A stretch of DNA of 64,000 nucleotides from Camelus ferus (lineage: Eukaryota), in the NCBI RefSeq assembly GCF_009834535.1, contig NC_045713.1, positions 13,640,001-13,704,000 on the forward strand, read 5' to 3'. The translations under genes were made by a program, and so were the position numbers. The number at the start of each line of letters is the position of its first letter. The first letter of the stretch is position 1. A model generated the notes under the pieces. That model was given only the letters and a program-made list of their open reading frames with translations, ran no database searches and was not told the origin of the DNA. This document shows, in pieces, positions 50,401 through 64,000 of the stretch.

Positions 50401-53400
50401 CTGAGGAGCCTGCTTGTGCTGTGAAGACCTCAGAGGGTGATGGCCCTCCTCCATGGGGGCAGCTGAGGAGACTCTCTAAGCTGGGTACTCAGCTCGGGGT
50501 CTGTAAGGACTGGGGCGCCTCCCCCTTCTCGCTACCCCACCCTCCCCTCTTCCCCTTCCAGTCAGGAAGAGCTAGGAAAGAAGGACAGGATGGGGAGCCT
50601 TGCCCTACCTCTTTCTAAATAGCAGGGCCTCGGGGGGGTGCCCCTCCCTGGGCAGCACCTGGAGGCCAGGCACAGGAGCCTGGGGCTTTTTGTTCTGCTG
50701 TCCTGGAAGCCCCTTGTTACTGTCTCTCATGCTCCCTCTACCCTTTTTTTTTCCCCTAAAGAGAAAAATCTGTTAAAAGGGGATTCAAGAGCAGGGGTTC
50801 CCAGATCCCACTTTGAGAACCAGTGGCCTAGGGCTGGTGGAGGTGTGAGATCTGAAGTTTCTGGATGTGCAGGGGACCCTGACATCTGCCTTGTGCCTTT
50901 CTTAAATGTCACCTTTGCGCTAGCTGGTTGTGCCTGTGACCCGGATGCTGCAGGGCCTGGGGCTTTTCCTAGGGGAGACCGCCTTCCCAGTGGGAAGGCA
51001 GCCCCAGGCACAGGCCTGAGCGTGAACCCCTGCAACCCTTTTTGTTCCCTGTGGCTTGAGGGCAGGTGTAGGGGTGGTGAGGGCCACAGTGCCAAGTCCC
51101 GGAGGCTGGAATTTGTCCCAGGAGCCACTGACAGCCAGAGTAGGGGGTGTTCGGGTCAGATCTGTGTTCTCAGGGGAGCCCTGGGACCGTGTGCTGGTTG
51201 ACTGCTGTCGCCAACCTGAGGGCTGGGGCTCCCCTCCTTCCCAGGGCATCTCATCCCCAGGAGGAAGTGCCCCCTCCCCCTCGGCATTTGTCCATTGATT
51301 TAGACACAAATGGCTGAGTTCACCTTCCTGTGGAAAAATCTGCCCTTGGGCCTTATCTGGAGGGTGGGGAGGCACCTTGTCCTTGGGTGGGACCTTCCCC
51401 CTCCACTATTTCAGGCTCTGGGGACTGCAGGAAGCCCTAGGAGGGGTCTTCCTCTGGGTGTATTTTTAGAGGAACAAAGTGAGACCTGTCCGGTCCCTCT
51501 GTGGTTGGGGCTGGCCTGGGGACAGGGACCCCAGAAGGTCAGGGGAGTCTCTGAGGACAGGGTCTCTCTCTTCCCTCCAGGCCAGAGACCCAGTATTTAA
51601 TTGGTTGAGCTCAGAGCACTGGAAGGACAAATGGGCCTCTGCTGACCTCTACAAACCAAGCTTAACTTTCACCCACCATGGGCTGCCAGGGAGCCTGGGA
51701 GGATGATGCTTAAATGCAGGGCTGTGCCCTTATGGGCCTCCAAGGCAGCAGGACTGGAGAACTGAGGTGGGGTGTGTGTGGTTTGCTTTGGTGTAGGATG
51801 AAGGGGACCACCCTTGGTGCCCTAGGGGAGGGACAGGCTAAGGTGGGAGTCGGCCCTATGGGCCCCCTTTCAGCCTAAGTTTCCTCTGTCCTGGGCAGGG
51901 ATAGGGGAGGTGGCACAGAGAAGGACACTGATATCGCTGGGCCCTCCCTTCGGGGGGCTGGTCAGGGCCTCGTCAGTGGTGACTCAGCCCCGGGCCAGAC
52001 TGGGCTGGGGTGGCTGCAGCTGCAGTGCAGCTGATCCTGACAGTGATGATAGGGGACCACCCCCAAACGGAGACAGGGCAGCTAGCGGTGCCAGGGCTGT
52101 GGGGGTATGATAGGTGCTGAGCCCTCCTGTCCCTCATGCCCAGCCCGTCCCTCCACCTACAGTTCTGGAGGCCTTCGGGGGCAGAGAGATAGTGAGGTGC
52201 CAGAGTCCTGCAGAGGGTGGCTGCCTACTATAGGTTCCTATGTCTGCAAGAGGGCTTTGGGGCTCCCTGGTTCCTGCTCCCCGTCCCCCCATGAACTGCA
52301 CCAGGACTGTCTTATGTTTCAGGGCTAGAGTCACCTCCTTGTCTCCCCAGCCCTGGGTCCTGGGAGTAGGGCAGGGCCTCCCAGCAGTTTCCTTCCTTAC
52401 TTTCTTGGGACGGAAACCCAGCTGGTGGGGGGTGCCTGGCTGGAGCCTGAGCAGGGAGGGGGGCTCCCCAAAGTGACTCAGCCCCGTGCCCCCACCCATC
52501 CCTGGGGAACCTGTGCCACAGTTGGAGGCAGATAAATGGGGTGGCAGCCTGAGCAGGCCATTGAGCTCAGGCCACTCCAGCTGGACGCTCACTGCCTGCC
52601 ACTGCTGTCCCGCCTCCCATGGCCCGCTCTGGGAAGGCTACACCACCCACCCTGGCCTCAGGAGGCCCTCCACGGAGCCCATCCCGGGGGCTTGTGCAGG
52701 TCAGGTGGGGTGAGGATGGGGTGGGACGTGAGGACCCCAGCAGCCAGCTTAGCCTGTGTCCCCCAGGGTTGGGAGAAGGGACTCTGGGGACCCTGGTGAC
52801 CATGGTATGAGCAGGCTGGACCCTGAGCAACAATGGGGGCCTTTCTCTGCCAGGGCTGGTGAGTCACCATCTGGGGGGGCACAGCCCGGCTTGGGGGTAC
52901 TCTCATGCTAGCCTCTTTGTCTGATCACAGGCATGGCTGGGAGATTCAGGCTTGTCTAGCTCTGGGACCGCCAGGATGGGAACTGGGGCTTGGGAGCCTG
53001 TGGGAGCCCGAGGGCCCAGCTGGGAGGCGGCAGGAAGTGCTCTGAGCTAGGGCAGGAGCCAGGAATGTGAGCAATGCGGGGCCAAGCCTGCGCCCCCTCC
53101 TGATCCACTGCTCTCTCCGCCTCCCCACTGGTCCTCCCTGCTGGGTCTCCACGCAGCCAGGCTCCCCCAATTCCCATTGCAGCCCCTCAACCTGAGGGTC
53201 TAGGGCCTAGTTTGGCACTCCTTGGACCCTGACCGTAAGAGAGGGATTTAGGCCAGATATTAGGAGAAACCTCTTGGCCATGCTGGATTGAGGCAGGGAG
53301 ACGGCCACTATGGTCTCAAACCGGATGTGATTTCATTCAGCCTGGCCTCATGGCCCCGGATGCCCCCCCAGTCCTGCTTCCCGTTTGGGGGCCTTGAGAG

Positions 53401-56400
53401 ACCCCTCCCTGGAACCATTGTGGAGGGCGTGGGAAGAGGCCACGGGGCCCGCCGCAGAGGGACGTCCTTTCATGCAATAGGTCACTGTGCACGTCTGTTT
53501 GCAAGCGTATGTTTGGATGTCTGGTCTCTGCGACCCTGTGATTTGCCTCTGCCACTTGGGCCCATGGCCACATGCGAGGTGTGGTCCTGTAGCACCTCCA
53601 CGTTCCATGCATGGCCCTAGCCCTGGCTCTGCTCCATCTGGCCCAGCTTGGGACCTGTGCTCTGACAGCCCAAACCTGAGAGGCACCTCCTGGGGAGGTG
53701 TGGGCCCACCACAGAGCTGCATACCTGTACTTCCAGGTATGTCTCAGGGAGGGGATGAGTCTGTAAGTGAGGTCCTGGAGAACTTGGGGGTCTCACAACC
53801 CCCAGTTCAGCCCACATTGCCTGGCCACGCCGCTGGGGGCTGGAGGAGCAGCAGCCTGGTCCCCAGAGTTCCTGTGGTTTCAGGGCAGATGGTGGCCTGC
53901 AGTGGGGGTCCGACGGGGCAGGCTTTGAGGGTCAGGGAAGGAGTCCTGGAGAAGGGACACAGGCTAAACCAGAAGGTGTTCCCCATAGGTAGGAAGGCCC
54001 AGAGACCAGGGCAAGTTACCACCCTGTGAAGAAAGACATGCTTAGTTCCGCAGCCAGGCGGCCTCAGTCGGATTTGGGATTTGGAAGGAGCTCAGAGGCC
54101 TGGAAGCTGGCCCTCCCTCAGTACCACCCCCGGTCTGGCCCAGGGTCTGTCCATCACCACACACAGGGAGGTGGAAGGAAAGGAAGGGGCCCTGGTGAGC
54201 ACCCCCACCTCGCTTAGTCTCACCTACATGCGCACTTGAGCCCCGAGTGTCCAGGAAACCTGAGCTGCTGGCCACCCGCTCACTCCGGCCACCGCCATGT
54301 TGAGTTGAGCACCAGCGGCTGCTGGCCACTCAGCACTGTGGTCACTGCCTCAGGCCCCAGCTGGGTGGGGGTACTGGGGTCTGGCCCCTGCCTGCACGGC
54401 TCCCCACACCCCACAGCCCAGAGCCCTACTGCAGGATGCCAGAGGTAAGGGAGGCAGGGGCTTGGGGTGTGGATGGGGGCACCCTCAGGGCACCCTGGGC
54501 CTGCTGGGTGGGCAGAGAAGGTGGGAGGGCAGGCCCCATCCTCGGCCCTCTCACTCTCTCCCTCCCTGGGCTCCAGCTCAGGCATCTCTGGGCTCTGTGG
54601 TGGTGAGGGCAGCTCCAGTTTGCTCTGGAATGTGAAAGCAAACACAAACACGGCTAGCCACACTGCCACCAGCCCTATGGAGACCTCTGGGAGAGAAAAC
54701 AAAACTGCCAGGTCCAACCCGGCCAGTCCCACGCTGTGAGGGGGGGTCGGCGGGGAGCAGGTGGGGCCCAAGGGGACAGCCGTCCTGGAACACTAGCTCA
54801 TCTCACCTGGTCTCTCCTAGGACCCTGGTCTGTGCTCACCCCTATCCTTGAGCCCACTGATTCTCCCAGCACCCCCATAAGGCCCTTGATCCCATTGCTA
54901 GTGATTTTGGGGTTTGGAAACTGAGACTTTGTCCAAGATCCTGAAGCTGGATCGGTCACAGGCAGCCTCAGGGGTCCCCTGGGGCATGGGTGTGCAGCAG
55001 CAGTGTTGATCTCTGCCATCTGGGGTTGCTGAGGGGGTGGGTGAGGGCATGATGCCAAGTGTGGGGTTGGGGCTCCCTCCTGCCACCTTTGTGGCTGTGT
55101 CCACACACTGGACAGGAGGCCTCAGGGGTGGGGTCAGTGCCTCTAAGGGTGGGAGGTCAGGGCTGGAGCCTCACCCGCATCCCCTGTGCCTGCAGGATGT
55201 CAATGGGCCCCTGAGGGAGCTGCGCCCGAGACTCTGCCACCTGCGAAAAGGTCCCCAGGGCTACGGGTTTAACTTGCACAGTGACAAGTCCCGGCCTGGA
55301 CAGTACATCCGCTCTGTGGACCCAGGTTCACCTGCCGCTCACTCTGGCCTCCGTGCCCAGGACCGACTCATCGAGGTACCTGCTGCCGGGACTTGGGGTG
55401 CCGGGTACCCCATGTGTGAGTGTCTGTGTCTGTGTCCTTTCTGTATGTGTCTTCACCCATGCCCTTCCGTGTGTGTGTGTGTGTGTGTGTGTCTGGGCCC
55501 TGGGTCCTCACTGGGTGGGGGAGATGCCGGGAACCTGAGCTGTCGCTCCTCTTGCTGCTGTAGCTGGTGACAGTATTGATGAATATTTGATGCCTCCCCT
55601 GGCTGGGTGGCTTGGGGGGCTGGCTGGAGCCTGCCCTCAGGCAGCACTGACCCTATGCTGGTGGCGGCAGGTGAATGGGCAGAATGTGGAGGGGCTGCGC
55701 CATGCAGAGGTGGTGGCCATCATCAAGGCACGGGAGGACGAGGCCCGGCTGTTGGTGGTGGACCCCGAATCGGATGAGTACTTCAAGAGGCTGCGGGTCA
55801 CACCCACCGAGGAACATGTAGAAGGTGGGCTGCTGCCCTAGGGGCCAGGGCTGGGGTGCAGCATTGGGGGGCTGGGTGGCCACTGACACACTGTCCCCAC
55901 AGGTCCATTGCCATCACCAGTCACCAACGGGACCAGCTCCTCCCAGGTGAGAGGGTGGGAGTGGACAGGGTGGACCCAGGTGGGCCCCTCTGGGGGATCC
56001 CCAGGCTTGACAGAGTCCCTCCCAAGATCTCTGTCCTTGTGTAGGTACAGTGGCCCTGTCACTCCCAGCTTTAGTGCCCCGTGCATCCTGGGTCCTGGGT
56101 TAGCTACACCCCAGCCCCGTAGGACAATATAGTGGAGGCTCAGTGGCCACTGCCAAACCAAGGAGGAAATGCAGCTCTGGTGTATGCATGTGTGTATGTG
56201 TGCATGCGTGTGTGCGTGTAAGCCTGTGTGTGCACCAGCAGCTCCTAGGCGGGGCCCCTAAAGCCATGCCTTACCGTTGGTTTCCCAGCTCAATGGTGGC
56301 TCAGCATGCTCGTCCCGAAGCGATCTGCCTGGCTTAGACAAGGACACTGAGGTAGCGGGTGCCTGTCCACCTCCACTGCTATGTTCACACATTGGGGGGC

Positions 56401-56748
56401 CTGAGGCCCTGGGAGCGGGTGTCTGGAACTGACAGCCTGTGAGGCCACCAACTCTAGGAAGCCCTCCTGGGCCTGCTGCCCCAGCCCTACCAGGTGGCCT
56501 CTGGTGTGAGCTCTCTGGGAAGGGTCACCTGTCCAAGGGCTTGGGTCCAGGGCTCACTCTGGCCACCTGCCTACCGTGTCCGCCCCTAGGACAGCAGCAC
56601 CTGGAAACACGACCCTTTTCAGGAGAGTGGCCTCCACCTGAGCCCCACGGCGGCTGAGGCCAAGGAGAAGGCGAGAGCCACTAGGGTCAACAAGCGGGCA
56701 CCGCAGATGGACTGGAACCGGAAGCGAGAGATCTTTAGCAACTTCTGA
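47103..56748 (+). CDS. SLC9A3R2: Na+/H+ exchange regulatory cofactor NHERF2 (two PDZ domains plus ERM-binding tail), 7 exons, 337 aa. Exons: 47103-47315, 49756-49956, 55196-55375, 55671-55824, 55903-55946, 56289-56351, 56590-56748
   Basis: [25 protein letters not shown] (PDZ1), [13 protein letters not shown] (PDZ2), [18 protein letters not shown]; total 1014 nt; AATAAA at 57209-57214. Confidence 0.97.
48002..48020 (+). repeat. (TG)9 microsatellite within a longer degenerate TG-rich tract (about 47690-48150)
   Basis: Read directly. Confidence 0.85.
48770..48850 (-). mobile_element. MIR core
   Basis: CCCATTTTACAGATGAGGAAACTGAAGC. Confidence 0.75.
52619..52699 (+). CDS. SLC9A3R2: Alternative first coding exon of NHERF2 ([27 protein letters not shown]); splices in phase 0 to the exon at 55196 and gives an isoform without PDZ1
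   Basis: ATG with +4G, donor CAG|GTCAGG at 52699; resembles my recollection of the N-terminus of a short human NHERF2 isoform (MARSGSATPP...RLVQ). Confidence 0.7.
55469..55492 (+). repeat. (GT)12 microsatellite in NHERF2 intron 3
   Basis: Read directly. Confidence 0.9.
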
Positions 56749-58490
56749 GCCCCTCCCTGCCTGTCCCCCGGCTGGGCCTCCTCCCTGCACGGACCTTGGG
56801 CCTTGCCCCTTGGGCCCCGTCCACAGCTCCCCAAGCCTCAGTGGACAGGAGGGGGGCATCCTCACCCCCTAAGCTATGGTGGTCCCACCACCACCCAGGA
56901 ACCCGTGCCCTAGCGAGCCCTGATCCTGCCTCCTCCCTGCTGGGTGCTGGGGGAGCATGGCAGCAAGATGAGGACAGGGAGCCCCTAAGATGTGAGAGAC
57001 ACCCAGAGAGAAAGTGATTAGAGAAGAGAGAGGGAGAGGCAGTGGTGATCGTGGGGCCGGGCCCTTGCTGTTCTGCCTGGGCCTGCTGACTTAAAGGAAT
57101 TTGTGTTACTGCTTTTTTTCCAAAAAGAGCTCTAGCTCCACACATGTTTCCACTTATACCAGAGCCCCCGCCTCCACCACCCTCAGGACATGCTCTCTAA
57201 ATAACTGCAATAAAACAAACCTTTCTCTGCAAACCGTTTCCTCCCCACCCCCTCAGCAGCAGCCATCGCAAGTGGAAGTCAGTCCCAGGGACTTCCAGGG
57301 ACAGAGCTGGGGGGCTCCCAGGCTGTGTTCATGCCGGCTTTGGGTGAGGCTGGGGTTGCCAGTTCATGTGGCTGTAGGAACTGCCCCTCTGCTCCATCCC
57401 TGCCCTCCCTGGGGTGGGGATGTCTGGGGTTCAGGGCCTGGGCTCTTTGACGGGCCTGAGGATGGAGGCCCTGTGCCCCTGAAGAGGGCAGCCTCTGGAC
57501 AGGCCCTTTGTCCCTGAACAGCAGCCTCAGGTCTTCGAGGTGTGACTCTGAGGGCCTGTCCCCAGGAAGGACCTCAGGCTCTGGGCTTGGCCCCCGCTGG
57601 GAGCCCTCCTTGAGGAAACCCCACCAACTCTGCCTTCCCCCCTGCCCAGAACCTGACCAACTGACCGACATCGCTGTCTGCCCTGTAAGCCATAGCGCAT
57701 GCGCGCCCTAGGAATAAAGTCTTTCCTTGGAGCCTTGGCTGTCTCTGTCCTTGCTGAACCTTCAGTTTGCGCGGAGATAAGAGTGTCATGGTCCAAGCAG
57801 GGGCGTGCAGCCGAGCAGCTCCCCAAGTCTCAGCTGCTGGAAACTGAGTCCCATTCCTAAGCCTCCCCTCCCCAAATCCGTCTGCCTGGCAGCCAAGCCC
57901 AGGCCCCTCTTAGTTCCTGCTCCTTTTTTATCCCCCTCTCCTCCCCAGCCTACTTGGGATCCCCATGCCTAAGAAACCTTACCCCCTCTCACCCGCATCT
58001 CCCTGTGAAGCCTTCTGGGCCCCTGACACCCACAGCAGGTACACACAGGTCGCGCCTTCGGCCCTGTGGTGCCCTGCCTAGGCCTGCTAGTGTTCCTTTG
58101 AGGCCAGGTGGCTCTGTAAACACTGGGGGTGGGGCCTCCTGGCAGAGGCTGGGCTCTCAGGGTGCACAAGTTCAGGAGGGGGCTGTGTTTCCAGGTCCCC
58201 AGCCAGATGCTGAGGGAGGCAGCCCAGGCTTCCAGTATCCCCAGCGGCTTCTGACAGCTGGCTGCAGCTGGCTCCCACGATCCAGCCCCCCAGCCCTCCC
58301 AGGCTCCTGCTCCCCCGCCTCCCCTCGAGCTCACAGCACAGATTGTCACGTCTCCATCCCGGCCTCCCAGGCGGCCCCATTCCAGACACACGTAAGCACA
58401 GGCACACAGCTCATGCATGTGCTTCCCAGCCTGCCCCCATCCCCTAGGGGTAGAAGTCAGCCAGACCTTAACTGCAAACAACCCCCAAGC

Positions 58491-58496
58491 TTTATT
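58491..58496 (-). terminator. NTHL1 polyadenylation signal AATAAA
   Basis: TTTATT on the + strand, about 80 nt past the stop. Confidence 0.8.
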
Positions 58497-58497
58497 A

Positions 58498-63168
<4,671 letters not shown>

Positions 63169-64000
63169 CTGCAAAAAGTGCCACTCAGTCCCTTCAGTGG
63201 GGGCTACAGGTGAGGATAAGGTGTGGGTGCTGCCCTGCCTGCTATCTCAACCTCCATCATTCATTCAACAACCATGCATTATCTACTACAGCCGGGGGTG
63301 CTCTGTGATCTGTAGCATGCACCTGGTCCAGGTCAGCCTTCTTTTGCCACTGCCTGTCTGACCAATCTGATTTGGCACCTGAGGACTCTAGTATCAGCCT
63401 CCGCCACGGTGTCCCCAATCTAGTCTCCACACTGTGTCAGAGAGAATGTTTTAAAACCTGAATTGGATTTTGTCACTGCCTTAAGATTTCTCATTGGTTC
63501 TTCTGTACTCACGATGAACTCCAAACTCTGTGCTGGCATCAAAGCTCCTGTCTACCTGGCTGGCATCATCATGTGCCTGTACCCCAACCCTAGTTCCTCC
63601 TGCCCTATATCTGTTCCAGTGTGTCTTATTGGGACTACCTCTGGGATCCTTGGGTGTCTGTGGGAATCTTCCTTTGGCCAATCTTGCAGACATCCAGGCA
63701 GGACAAGCAGCAGGGGCTCTGTCATTCTGCCCACCACTAAGTGCCATGATTGGTACAAGGTGGGGTCTTAAGGAGGACACATGTAAGTCCGGAACAAGGA
63801 TATAAACACAATGAAAGCCATGCCCTTTTCCGTTTTCTCTCAGAGGCACCCTCTAGCAGGTGGAGAAAACTTCTGGCTGGGGGTGTTCTCGGCACTGGGC
63901 CGCGGAGCTAGAACGAGCTATGAGGACAGGGCCGGTTTGCCTCGCAGCCAGCCTGGCACAAGTGCAGGGCATGCTACTGGGAAGGGGAGAACTTTCTTGA

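Overview
Mammalian genomic DNA, GC-rich and gene-dense. The tRNA-derived Vic-1-type SINEs and the style of the L1 3' end point to a camelid (inference). The window is syntenic to human 16p13.3, in the order TBL3(+), NOXO1(-), GFER(+), SYNGR3(+), ZNF598(-), a repeat-rich intergenic block, NPW(+), NHERF2/SLC9A3R2(+), NTHL1(-; exon 1 lies beyond the right edge). I traced every exon by hand. All junctions are GT-AG and every complete gene gives an intact frame: TBL3 800 aa, NOXO1 360 aa, GFER 206 aa, SYNGR3 229 aa, ZNF598 924 aa, NPW about 187 aa, NHERF2 337 aa. Comparisons to orthologues rely on recalled sequences, not a database search. I found no clearly new multi-gene system. The most notable observations are: (1) a pure (CAG)23 polyglutamine tract in the ribosome-collision sensor ZNF598, with a 436-codon antisense ORF ending in poly-Leu across the same repeat; (2) an NPW precursor with no in-frame AUG, so it must start at CUG or ACG; (3) an intact ERV1-like solo LTR and an L1 3' fragment beside the ZNF598 promoter; (4) an alternative NHERF2 first exon that would delete PDZ1; (5) a 154-codon open in-frame extension upstream of the GFER start. 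There is one 160-N assembly gap at 34925-35084.
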